The position numbers and the translations under genes were made by a program. 64,000 nt of DNA from the human T2T-CHM13v2.0 reference genome, Homo sapiens, in NCBI RefSeq assembly GCF_009914755.1, contig NC_060930.1, one strand, 5' to 3'. Positions 11,843-31,560 of the stretch are shown in pieces (within the stretch, counting starts at the first letter, position 1; the number at the start of each line of letters is the position of its first letter). Below the pieces are notes generated by a model. It saw only the letters and a list, made by a program, of their open reading frames with translations. It did not search any database and was not told where the DNA came from.

Positions 11843-12477
11843 TCTTCTCAGTCTTTGACACTTCTGAACCTCGACGTTAGGTTGCATACTTTGATCTCAC
11901 TCTACCCATCTATCCATCCTTGCTTTAATATAGCTTCCTGGGCCTCAGCTGGCTTAAAGAGATTCATCCCATTTCCTTGAGCTTTCTTCTTTGATCAACA
12001 CTTGCATTCTCCATCCTTAACTGGTTTCTTAGTTCTGACTTGCCCTATGGCTAACCACACCCAAATATGCCAATACACTGAGAGAAGATGGCCTTTTACA
12101 TTCCTTTTCATTTTGATTACGAGTTTATTGATAGCACTTTCACTCATAAATATATAATAAATGTATTTTTCTAAATGATCTTCATAGGGATAGGGAAATA
12201 ACTTGATAAAATGTGTAATGTAGCTGATCATTTGTTTTTTTTAAATTTTAATGTTGCTTCAAGGTGGTAAGAAAAAATATCAGAGTAAGGAGAGAAATGA
12301 TTGGTAACAGGTAAGACGGGAACTCCACTTAAGATGATTTATTAAGTAAATTATCTAAAATATGTGACTCAGCACATTAATTATATTTAGACCTTAACTT
12401 TTGATAGTATAAAATTACAAAGTTAATGGAGATAATGGTGAATGGTAACCAGTTATTTCATTAATATATGATATTAG

Positions 12478-12720
12478 GCCAGGCATGGTGGCTCATACCT
12501 GTAACACCAGGACTTGTGTCAAAAAACTGTTTAGAAATATTATTTAGCAAATAGATATGTTGATGTTGTTAGGAGCTAGGATTTTCAGTGAGAGAGAAAA
12601 ATGCATTATAAAATCAGAGGATCTCTTGAGCCTAGAAGTTCAAGGCTGCAGTAAGCCTTGATAGCGCCGCTGCACTCCAGTCTCTGTGACAAAGCGAGAT
12701 CCTGTCACACACACAAAAAA

Positions 12721-12752
<32 letters not shown>
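12478..12752 (+). mobile_element. Interrupted Alu monomer with (TA)n tail
   Basis: Alu start at 12478-12515, ~100 bp non-Alu, Alu 3' part at 12618-12720, (TA)n at 12724-12752. Confidence 0.8.
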
Positions 12753-12755
<3 letters not shown>

Positions 12756-13099
12756 ATATTAACATAGTGTATAATGGGATAGATATTTCAAAAAGAAATG
12801 ATCTCATCTTTTCATATTATAATTGATTAGATTAATATTTGAGAGTTGAATCACTCCTGATTTTTATGCATAAGCATTGATTCTTGGATCAGAATTACAT
12901 ATTACATTTTGTGAATTTGCAAAATTGGTCCAAAAGTTATTAATGTTGTAGAATACATTTACTTAAAGCAAAAAGCATAATAATCTCATTTTGCTCTCAA
13001 CTTTCAAGATGAATAGAAAGTTCCACATTAATTAAAAAATGTGAAATAGAAAACACTTCACATGACTTATAGTCCTCCTAAAATAGAACTTGTAATTGA

Positions 13100-13451
<352 letters not shown>

Positions 13452-15334
13452 GTTTTTTTATAAATATGAGGGAAGGCACATAATTATTGGGGGGACAAGT
13501 AGTAACACAATAATAGCCAAGAAGAAAATGTTCAGAGGCCCTAGAACCACAGGAAAATTTTAGAGTCCCTCTGAATTTTGCATTTACTTTCTTGTGCAAA
13601 TTTTCAGATAGTTCTGCCTGTGCCTGCAGGCTTTTTATTGACAATTGATTGGGATAAGTGACACTGTGGAGCAGGTGAAGATTGCCTTCCACTTTTCCCA
13701 GCCTCTTATTTCTGTGCTATTACCTCTGTGCTATAGTCTTCTTCGTGAACACATCAACATGAAAGTAAGCCAGCCACACTGTTTAATTTCCGAAAAGACA
13801 AAGGCTGGGTCATTTAGCACTTGGTTGTTTTGCCAGGTGAGGAGCAACAGAGGGACTCTGGTACAGATGATGAAGCTAACATGTGGAGCCAGTGATACCA
13901 GCAATACTAGGGGTATTGATCCAGTAATACAGATAAGAGCATGCATGAAGAAAAGAGCAAAAAAAATAAACCCCTTTGCCACTGGAAATAGAGCTTGATC
14001 AGTGGTAGGATGGATCATGTCAGAACATGGAAATTAGAAATACAAGCCATATCCTATAGAACAGTAATAACCCAGCAAACAAATAGTGTAGATCAGGTAC
14101 ATTGTCAGTATCAGATGTCCATAGGGAGATAGCAGGTGGAAGTATTGGCAACGGAAGGAATCTATCGGCTGGCAACAAATAGACACACAGGCAATCAGGA
14201 GGTATGAGGAGCCCTGCCATGTTGTATCAGTCAGAGTTCTGGCAAGAAATAGATGGCCCACTAAAATTAGGATGATTTGAAAAGGCTTTAACTAAGGGAC
14301 TATTTAAGAAAGTGTGGGCTGAGTATAGGGAAACCATGAGAGATCATGCTGTACCTCAGGGCTAGTCATAGTGGAAATGTTACCAGCCCTGGACCAAAGG
14401 GAGAGGAAAGGCATGGTTATTGCAACCTGAAAGGAGAGGGGCACATGAAATCTGAAGTGACCCCACAGGAAGGGAGCCGGGAGGATAAATTCTCCTGACT
14501 CGCTGTCCTCCCTCCCTCTGATCTCATGCCTGGACACTCATTGGCTGAAATCAGCTGAACTCAGCTGAAAAGAGAGTTCGGGAGCCCAAACAGGTCAAAC
14601 TCCAGACTCAGAGAGTGAAATAGAGACAGCTAGGGAAAGGATCTGGAGGGCCAAAGAAAGGGTCTCCTTCTCTAGCATCTAACCAGGACTATAGTCCTAA
14701 TAAACACTGATGAACAAGCCAAGACTCCAGTCTCTGTGGGAATGGTACTACAGGGCAAACTTAGGCAAGGAGGGCCCTGTAAGGGACTACTTGAAGTGAA
14801 AAAAGCAAAAATCTCATTATTGGAATTGACAACCTGCTACAAAGCTGACTTGATGATTAGCTGCTAAGTTCTGGCTTGAGCGTGCTTATGGATTACCAAC
14901 TAGGAGTGGTTGCCAGGTTCCACCGTGGACCTCAGCTCCCTCATCTGTAAAGTGTGGATAATACTTGTTCCTACCACAAAGGGTGTCTGTGAGGATTAAA
15001 TGAGTTAGTAGAGGTTAAATGCATAGAATAGCACCTTATATATACTAAATATTCAGTAAATGTTAGCTATGTTTTTATTTTTATTAAGTGAAGGAGGCAG
15101 AATTGGAGAGATCCAAGGATGTCATATAGGTCAGTATAGGGAACTAAATTAATTTCTTTTCTAGATAATGGTTACACATATGAAAACACATGATATCACT
15201 GCTTATTCATTCAATTAGCTTCAGTGAAAGTACATCCACAAACTCCAGAAAGATAAGAATGTTTTTCTTTCCTTTCCCTTCATGGAAAATATAAAATGAT
15301 TCAGGTCTATAGCCCCCTCAAGCATAATGCTTCT

Positions 15335-16135
15335 TTTCTTTTTCTTTCTTTCTTTCTTTTCTTTTTTTTTTTTTTTTTTTTTTTTTGAGACAGGGTCTCA
15401 CTCTGTCACCCAGGCTGGAGTGCAGCAACAGGAACACAGCTCACTGCAGCCTCAAACTCCTGGGCTCTCGTGATCCTCCCACCTCAGCCTCCCCAGTAGC
15501 TGGGACTGTAGGTGTGCCCCACCATGCCTGGCTAATTTTTTTTTTATTTTTTGTAGAAATGGATTCTCACCATGTTGCTCAGGCTGGTCTTAAATTCCTG
15601 GGCTCAAGCAATCCTCCCACCTCAGCCTCCCAAAGCCACAGTGGTGTGAGCCACTGCACTTGGCCCAAACATAACGTTTCTTAGGCTCCTACATAATCTC
15701 TAATCCAGTCCAAGTTATGCCATAACAGTTTGGCAGCATTGTCGAACCATCCCGAAGCACACTGACCATTTTTTTAATCATGATATTGCCAGAACAACTT
15801 GGAAACTGAAAATATTTATGTCATTTGAAAATGAAGGAAGTGGCCAGGTGCGGTGGCTCACACCTGTAATCCCAGCACTTTAGGAGGCTGAAGTGGGCGG
15901 ATCACGAGGTCAGGAGCTCAAGACCATCCTGGCTAACACGGTGAAACCCCGTCTCTAATAAAAATTAAAAAAATTAGCCAGCCGTGGTGGCAGGCGCCAG
16001 TAATCCTAGCTACTCGGGAGGCTGAGGCAGGAGAATCACTTGAACCCAGGAGGCGGAGGTTGTGTGAGCAGAGATGGCGCCACTGCACTCCAGCCTGGGA
16101 GACAGAGTCAGACTCTGTCTCAAAAAAAAAAAGAA
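15335..16135. mobile_element. Inverted Alu pair: antisense 15335-15667, sense 15842-16135
   Basis: Two full Alus; the second has TSD GAAAATGAAGGAAGT. Confidence 0.92.
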
Positions 16136-17143
16136 AAGAAAATGAAGGAAGTAAAAACAGACAGTAAGTTGAAATGCTGCCTAATGGACCTTAGTAAAAC
16201 CCAGTAGTTTTCCCTCTAGAAGTCAGAACACTTTGGTGAGAAAGCCATGCATTTGTTTTGCTCAGCAGAGTGCTGTCTGAGGGTTGGAGTGCTCAGAATG
16301 CACCCAATCATTTACAGCCATTTCAATCTTGATTTGTCTTCCTCGAGAACATATATAACTAAAAATAAATAATATAGGCATCTCCTTCCTCCGTGCCCTA
16401 TCTTGCTATGCAGCTGGACTAAAACTAGTAGTCCGTTTTATAGAAATCATTAAGCCAGCCACTGGCTATTTAGAATTATATTGGCACTAGTTTCCCGCCA
16501 CTTTTGAATTTATTTAGAGGGGAGTCTTCAGTTCATATTCTGACCTGAGTACTATAAGGGGTCTTTTATGTCTATACATTTCAAAACTGATATATGTATA
16601 AAGCAATCCAAAACTTTTGAAACCTATGAAAGAGTACTTAGGTTTTGTTGTAGTGCTGTACTTGCCTTTCAAAATTTTAATAGAATTCATAATAGAGAAC
16701 TTATATTTAAATACAAAGGCAGATGAGACACCTGTATTACATTTTGATATTAATCTAGTTTCCTTAGGTTTGGTGACTTTGTTTTTTTTTTTTAGAATTT
16801 CAGAGGTGGCTTTTGAATTCCTGCATTAGGTGTGTCATTGATTTGTTAAAATTAAACATAAATGCATTGAGAATTTATGTTTTGATTTGCTTCCATTAAT
16901 TACAAAACTCCCCTTTTTCTACGTCTTAATTCCGAGACACTGTGTTTTTCATAATTTGGATGTTGCTTAGGACATTATTTTTCAAACTATGGATTATAAT
17001 CCATTAATGGGTTGTGAAATCAGTTTAATGTGCTATGACCAGCACTTTTTTTAAATGAAATAAAATAGAGCAGACAGAATAGAAACTGAGACAGTGCATT
17101 GCATGTAGTAAGGGTAAATATGTTTCTTAAAATTTTGTTTTAG

Positions 17144-17525
<382 letters not shown>

Positions 17526-17999
17526 ACCACATATTGTAAGTGTTATCATGGCTGTGTTCATGTTTCATCTCATCTCCTGCAACTATTAGAGAATTAATAA
17601 GATGCGTTCTTTTAGTAAGTAAATAAATAAATAAATTGGGGGCAGATAGCCACATAGTGAATTTTTTTACTACCTATCAGAAACTGGTAGTATTTAATAT
17701 ATAGCCATATTCATAATGTTCCTTCTGAATTTGCTAATTGGCAGCTAATATAAACATTGAATCACCTGTTTATGGAATTTATAACATAATATTGACCTGA
17801 AATCTACTGGAAAGTAGATATTCTAAATAAGGTCTGATATGTCTATATCTGGTTGGTCTTGAGTGAATTGTGTGTTTGTGAAGAAACTTGAGGATTTGCT
17901 CTTTAACCAAATCATATCTGCAGGGGAAAGTTTAATATTAATACAACTAGGGATAATACAAAAACTGTGTTTTTGTAAACTAATTTGTTTTTCTCCAAG

Positions 18000-19115
18000 T
18001 TTTTTGTTGTGGTAAAACACACATAACATAAAATTTACCATTTTAATCATTTTTAACTGTTTGGTTCAGTAACATTAAATACCTTAGTATTATTGTGCAA
18101 CCATCACTACCATCCATCTCCAGGATACTTTTCATCTTACAAAACTGAACCTCTGTGCTCATTAAACAATAGTTCCTATTCCCTCACTTCCCCTAGCCCC
18201 TGGCAATCACCATTCTACTTTCCGTCTCTATGAATTTGACTATTCTGGTACCTCATGTAAATGGAATCATATAATATTGGTATTTTTGGAACTGGCATAT
18301 TTCACTTAGCATAATGTTCTCAAGGTAAATCCATGTTATAGAACATCAGAATTTCCTTCCTTTTAAAGGTTGAATACTATTACATTATATGTATCTGCCC
18401 ATTTTGCTTATTTATTCATCTTTCGATGGACATGGGTTGCTTCCTCCTTTTAGCTATTGTGAATAATGCTGCTATGAACATGGTATGCAAGTATCTCTTC
18501 AAGACTATGCTTTAATTCTTTTTAGTATATACCCAGGAGTAGAATTGCTGGATCATATGGTAATTTTATTTTTAATTTTTCTAGAAGGTTCCGTGCTGTT
18601 TTCCATCAGTGGCTGCACCATCTTACATTACCACCAACAGTGCACAGGGTTCCAGTTCCTCTATATCCTTACCAATACTTATGATTTTGTTTTTTTGTTT
18701 GTAGTCATCCTAATGGCTATGAAGTAGTTTCTCCTTGTAGTTTTGATTTGCATTTCCTAATGATTAGTGATGCTGAGCACCTTTTCATGTGATATTGGCC
18801 GGCCATTTGTATATCTTCTATGGAAAAAGTCTATTCAAGTCCTTTACTCATTTTTGAATCATTTTTTTGTTAAGTTTTAAGAATTCTGTGCGTTCTGGAT
18901 ATTAATCTCATTAAATTCATGATTTGAAAATATTTTCTCACATTCTATGGGTTGCCTTTTTAACTCTGTTAATAGTGACTTTTGATGCACAAAACTTTAA
19001 TTTGCATGAAGTCCAATATTCCTGTTTTTTGTTTTATTGCCTATGCCCTTTGGTATCATACCCAAGAAATCTTTGAAAAATCCAGTTGCATAAAGCTTTT
19101 GCCATATGTTTTCTT
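18000..19115 (-). mobile_element. L1M 3' region, antisense
   Basis: GCTATTGTGAATAATGCTGCTATGAACATGG..TTGATTTGCATTTCCTAATGATTAGTGATG, an L1 antisense signature. Confidence 0.85.
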
Positions 19116-19440
19116 TTTACTTTACTTTACTTTCTTTTTTTTTTTTTTTTTTTTTTTTTGAGACAGAGTCTTACTCTATCACCCAGGCTGGAATGCAGTG
19201 ACATGATCTCAGCTCACCGCAACCTCCCCTTCCTGGGTTCAAGCAATTCTCCTGCCTCAGCTTGCTGAATAGCTGCGACTAAAGTCATGCGCCACCAGGC
19301 CTGACTAATTTTTGTATTTTTAGTAGAAATGGAGTTTCCCCACTTTGGCCAGGCTGGTCTCGAACCTCTGAGCTCAAGTGGTCTACCCATCTCGGCCTCC
19401 CAAAGTGCTGGGATTACAGATGTGAGCCACCGGGCCCAGC
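19115..19440 (-). mobile_element. Alu
   Basis: Poly(T) plus antisense dimer. Confidence 0.9.
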
Positions 19441-19771
19441 CACCGCATGTTTCCTTATAAGAATTTTATAACTAATTTGTTTTTAATGATTTTGCAAGCC
19501 TAAATTAATTTTAGCAGGAATTAATAAAGTTTAAAGTAACAAAGTGTAACTCTTGAAAACTAATTATGTACTTTAAAAGGAAAAAGGATTGAAAGGAAGA
19601 CTTTTACAGTTTTATTTCATACACTGTCTATGTGTGATCTTTCACTTTTATAATGAGCATTACTGCCTTTCAGATAAAAAGAAGATGTATTTCTCAATTA
19701 TGTCACTTTCTACAGCACTCTAAGCACTTAAGTTCTCAGTAGAAAACTGACACCCCATTTTCCAATAGAAA

Positions 19772-19970
19772 TGTATTAGTAAGCTCAGGCCGCCATAACA
19801 AATACCATAGACTGGGTGGCTTAAACAACAAAAATTTGTTTCTCACAATTCTGTAAGTTAGAAAGTACAAGAACAGGCCCAGCAAGGTTCAGTTTCTGGT
19901 GAAGGCTCTATTTCTGGCTTACAGGTGGCAGCCTTCTTGCTGTGTCCTCACATGACAAAGAAAGAGAGAG
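19772..19970 (-). mobile_element. MLT1 LTR fragment
   Basis: TGTATTAGT..CATAACAAATACCATAGACTGGGTGGCTTAAACAAC. Confidence 0.75.
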
Positions 19971-20396
19971 ATGTGATAGGATTAGTGGCCCTATAAGATA
20001 GACATTTCTCTCTCTCTCTTCTGTGGAGCATTGATCTACGTACAAAGAAATGAAAAATAAAGAACAATCAGAAGTTCTCTACTTTATTGCCCTGGATTTA
20101 CTGAAAGTGTGGTGATGACGCATTTGACAAAACATAAAACCATAAAGGAGACAGTGGGATATATGTTGAGAGAACCCTTCCTGGAGTAGACAATCTTTTC
20201 TTTTGACTGTGGAGAAAAGAGCTCTCCACACATTCTGAATTATCAGCAACCCCAGTGAAGTAAGATTCTGACATCTGTTACCATCACTAAATAGTACTTA
20301 ATAGGTCCGTGTCAGTTAAACCTGGTGAAACTTAGTTTTATCAAATAATAAATCTGCTGTAGGACCTTAGAGGGTGCATACTGTGTCTCTCAAGTA

Positions 20397-21217
20397 CAAG
20401 TAGTGCTCCCTTATCCACGGAAGATGCATTCTAAGACCCCAGTGGATGCCTGAAACAGTGGGTTGTACCGAACTCTATATATACTACATTTTTTCTATAC
20501 ATACCTATGATAATGTTTAATTTATTAATTAGGCACAGTAAAACATTAATAACAATAACTAATAGTAATATAAAACAATTATAATGATATACTGTAATAA
20601 AAGTAAGGTGAATGTGGTCTTCCTCTCTCTCAAAATATCTTACTGTACTAAGTATGGTAATGATGTGAGATGATAACTGAGAAGGCTACTCTAGTGTATA
20701 CAGTGTGGATACGCTGGACAAAGGGACAGCTCACATGCTGGGTAAGTGGTATGGCACAAGCTCTCATCATGCTACTTGGGATGGCATTCTTTTTAAACTT
20801 ACAATTTTTTTCTTTTTTTGAGACAGGGTCTCATTCTGCCACCCAGGCTGGAGTGCAGTGGCACAATTAGGGCTCTCCACAGCCTCAGCTTCCCAGCTCA
20901 GGTGATCCTCCCACCTCAGCCTCCTGAGTAGCTGGGACTACAGGTGCACCACCATGCCCAGCTAGCTTTTTGTATTTTCTGTAGAGATGTGCTTTTGCCA
21001 TGTTGTCCAGACTGATCTTGCACTTCTGGCCTCAAGTGATCTGCCCACCTCAGCCTCCCAAAGTGCTGGGATTACAGGCATAAGCCATTGCACCCGGCCT
21101 AAACTTACAGATTATTTATTTCTGGAATTTCCCATTTAATGTTTTCAGACTGTAGTTCACTGCAGGTAACTGAAACTGAGGAAAGCAAAAGTGTTGGTAA
21201 GGGGAGAGTAGAGTACT
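20397..21217. mobile_element. TcMar-Tigger non-autonomous element (MER44-like) interrupted by an Alu
   Basis: Inverted termini AGTAGTGCTCCCTTATCC.. and ..GGTAAGGGGAGAGTAGAG; internal AAGACCCCAGTGGATGCCTGAAAC. Confidence 0.75.
20803..21100 (-). mobile_element. Alu inside the Tigger element
   Basis: Antisense dimer with TSD-like TAAACTTACA on both sides. Confidence 0.9.
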
Positions 21218-21755
21218 GTTTTTAATTTGTCGGTAATATGTGCGGTAATGTAAGTCAATGGAGAAAAAGGAATTAAAGCAGATGGCCTGCCCCCCAGAAA
21301 AAGAAATGAAGGTGAAATAAAAGAAAGCAGGTGATACCATCTAAACTCCATTTAAATATGATAAATATATGGATCTTTAGGTCAGATTTTCACAAATTAT
21401 GGTTCATCTGCCTGCCATCTATTATTGTACAGCCTTAAGGTAAGAATGTTTTTTACAGATTTAAGAAGTTTTTAAAAGTCAACATAACATTTTATTATAT
21501 ATAAAACTATATAAACTTGAAGTATCAGTGTTCATAAACAAAGTCTAATTGGAACATCACCACACTTAATGTGTTTATGTATTGCCTATGCTTGTTTTCA
21601 TACTATGAGAGCAGAGTTAAGTGGTAGTGACAGAGACCATATGGGACAACTTCATTGCTTTAAAGTACTGCTAAGTGGACCACAAATGACAGTGATGCAG
21701 CTTTAATAATTGACAGCATTTTGAGTGGCATGCATATTGTCATGCCATGGCATTT

Positions 21756-23908
<2,153 letters not shown>

Positions 23909-24721
23909 TAGATTGTGTTTATTATACAATGACATTACAGTTGTGCTGAAAGAATATCATATATATCAACATTAGCCAACTAAGCACTCATCACAATATT
24001 TCCAACTCACAGGAAAATAGCAGTCAGAAAAATTAGGAAATTTAAAATGGACTATCTCATTTTTCATCACAGCAGAATTTCTTCACACAAATTAAAAAAT
24101 GAAAATTAGTGCAACCAAAATAAATTTCATATGGCTCATTTGTTAGCCAAGAAGGAAAACCATTTACAGATAGTGAAATTATAATAATTGAATTATACTT
24201 GACTGCAGTAGTTTACAACTATTAGCCTTTCAGCAAAGATAGTTGCTCAAAGGGTTGGGGACATTGAGAGTGGCACAATAATCAATTAAATAACAAGCAA
24301 GTGACTGTCAGTTTTTATTGTTTCTTAATGAGTCAACAGGTTACTGCTCAGTTGTTTTTTATTTGAGAAACAAATGCTGAGTTTAGAGTGACTAACAAAT
24401 TAGTTTCTATAAATAGCCTTTGTGAAAAAAAACTGTGGGCAAAAATAGTTTCAAAGAAACTGAGAAAATACTAATTGAGTACAACCTGAAGTGGAATCTA
24501 CTAAGATGTGTTACAAATATATATAGAGCAGAAAAATAATTAGACAAATTTACGGGACTTATGAAAATGTAAAGTGTTTAAAGCCTATGGTTATTCATTT
24601 TATTAGTCATCAGCAGGTGCTTTGCAGAAAATAGTTGAACCATTATGTGTATTTTTAAAAAATAGCTTTATTGAAACAGCATTCACAAACCAAGCAATTG
24701 ACCCATTTAAAGTATATGATT

Positions 24722-25352
24722 CAGCCAGACACAATGGATCATGCCTGTAATCCCAGCATTTGGAAGGCCAAGGCAGGAAGGTCACTTGAAGCCGGGAGTT
24801 TGAAATCAACCTAGACAATACAGTGAGACCCCATCTCTACGAAAAATAAAAAAATTAGCTGGGCATAGTGGCACACGCCTGTAGTCCCAGCTATTAGGGA
24901 AGCCAAGACGGGAGGATCACTTGAGTCCAGGAGGTCAAGGCTGAAGTGAGCCAAGATTGCACCACTACACTCCAGCCTGAGTGACAGAGCAAGACCCTAT
25001 CTCAAAAGAAAGAAAAGGGTGTACAATTCAACCAAGTATGGTGGCTCATACCTGTAATCCTAATGCTTTGGGAGGCCAAAGCAGAAGGATCACTTGAGGC
25101 CAGGAGTTCAAGACCAGCCTGGGCAACATACTGAGACCCTGTCTCTACAAAAACAAAAAACAAAAAAAAAAAACTAAAAATTAGACAGGTGTCATGGTGC
25201 ATGCCTGTAGCCCCAGCTACTCTGGAGACTGAGGCAAGAGGATCCCTTGAGCCCAGGACTTCAAGGCTGCAGTGACTTAGGATCATGCCACTGCACTCCA
25301 GCCTGGGTGAGAGAGCAAGACCCTGTCTAAAATAAAATAAAATAAAATAAAA
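24722..25352 (+). mobile_element. Two tandem sense Alus (J-like) within an L1M fragment
   Basis: Dimers at 24722-25010 and 25030-25352. Confidence 0.88.
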
Positions 25353-27160
25353 TATACAATTAAATGTGGAGGGTTTTTTTTGTATACTCACAGTATTTTG
25401 CAACCATCACCACAATTCAATTTTTAAAACATTTTTCCCCTCTAAAAGAAACCCTATGCCAATTTCCTCTCCCCAACCTACTCCTCACCCATAAGAAATC
25501 ACTTATCTACTTTCTGCCTCTATAAATTTGACTACCCTTCTTCTTCAAGATTGTTTTGGCCATTCTAAGTCTCTTACATTTCCATACAAATTTTAAGATC
25601 ACCTTGGCAATTTCTGAAAATATCATTTATTATTGAACCAATAATGTCAACAGTGAACATTCATTCTTGTGGACTTGACTATCATCAGTTCCAGGAATCT
25701 TTTCATGGAACTTCAAATAGAAGTTGAATATTCTGACTTGCCCTACTACCCAACATTTTGATAGCTTAGCAGTGGCAAAGTTTTACTGCAAATATTTGCA
25801 CTGGAGCGAAGATTGAAATTTTTGTGAATGAGACTGTTGTTCCATATGCCTATGGAGCACTGAATGGCTTTTGAAATAAGCTTTTGCTGTAGACTTAATA
25901 ATGTTTCTTAACTGAATTGATTAAGAAATCATAAGACAAAATTATATACAAGACAAGCACTTACAGCAAAACTTACACTGAAGTAAAGTCATTTTAACAA
26001 CAACTAATTGATGATGCATAAGTAATGTCAAACTGCTTTATTTACTTCCCCTATTGTCAAAAGTTAAAACAAAATGTGAGACTTCATCCCCACTCAGATT
26101 TGCAATGGATATATTTTTAAGTTCAAATTACAGTTCCAGCACTGCCTTTCAGATCTCAATGCAAATACAAGACAAATTTCCATATTTCAAAATCCATTTT
26201 ATTGTGCAATTTGAGGCGCTTCCACCTAACCTTTAATTGGGAGTAATTAGTCTTCAAAGTATGACATGCTAAAAGGCAAATATCAAGAGAAGAATCTAAT
26301 AAAATTATATGAAAGTCTTCTAAGAAATTAATATGCTCAACTAAAATTATAAGCTCATTTTGGGATGTATGGAGTTTCTTGGTGATGGTTATGCAATAAA
26401 CATCCTAAAAATCATTGAATTGTACACTTTAAATGGATGTACACACTTTTAAATGGTTAAAACGGTGAATTTATATGTTGTGTAAACTTTATCTCAATTA
26501 AGAAAATTGTAACTTCATGGATTAACATCAATATATGCCAGTACCTATCAATGTAAAAGACATTTTCAAAGAGGAAATACGTAAAATCTCATTACAGGTC
26601 AGATGAACATTTGCAATTGATTTTGATGATAGGAAACACTAACTCTGAACCCCAATTAAGCAAGATGGTTTTTGTTAATTCCATTCTTTTCATTAGTAAA
26701 TTTGGCTTACAAAAAGTTGTACTATTATTAGATTTTGAAGTTTTGAAAATTTGAAAATTTGTCTTCTCTCTTGCTATGTAAATACCTATATAATATCCTA
26801 CATTTGGCCTATTGGCTTGCAGTATCTAAAATATTTACTATCCATCCCTTTGCAGAAAAAGTTTGTCAACCCTGTTCTCACAAATAGACTTTTGTATTTA
26901 CTAGGAGGACAGTTTGTATCTATGGAATGCTGTTAACAGTATATCCTTGGTTAGGGATTGCTTATTGCAAGCATACCTAGAATCTGGATTTATAACTTCC
27001 TAGAGAATGTCATGCGAGCTACACAGCTCTGAAATATAAAATGGAGATGCATCACAACTTAAACATTCTCCACTGTGTGAGGTAACCCTCTAAATTAATT
27101 TAGAGGCCTCACCTATTATTGTGGACCACAGAGTGCATGATGTGAGAAGGAAGGAGCTAG

Positions 27161-29298
<2,138 letters not shown>

Positions 29299-29679
29299 TA
29301 GAAACATACTCAACAATTGACCTGCTTCTATTGTTCAAACTTTCCTTAATAGTCTGAGAAATTAAAGATCAGCAAACTGTCAGAAAATATTTTTTCCTCT
29401 CCCCAAATACTGAAGAAATTGGAATGCCTCATCTGTAAGACATACTGTTTGTTTTTCTTTTTAGACCCCAGTTTGTGGCCCATCCTTATCACTGGTTTGG
29501 TCAGGGTGCCTTTCCTATTTTTATTTATTCATTTGTTCCTTTTAAATCTGAATTCCCCACTCCCATTCCCCTCCTATACTTTGGACAACCAATCAATATG
29601 TTTATTTCTGTATCTTTTTATTTGTGTGTTTTTGTAATACATATAATTGCATATGTCTCTGTAATGTAGTGTTTTATTT

Positions 29680-31560
<1,881 letters not shown>

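Noticed and set aside
13645-14261. Cluster of 66-117 aa ORFs in apparently unique sequence
   Set aside because: No recognisable protein similarity and no consistent splice-site pairing that I could identify.
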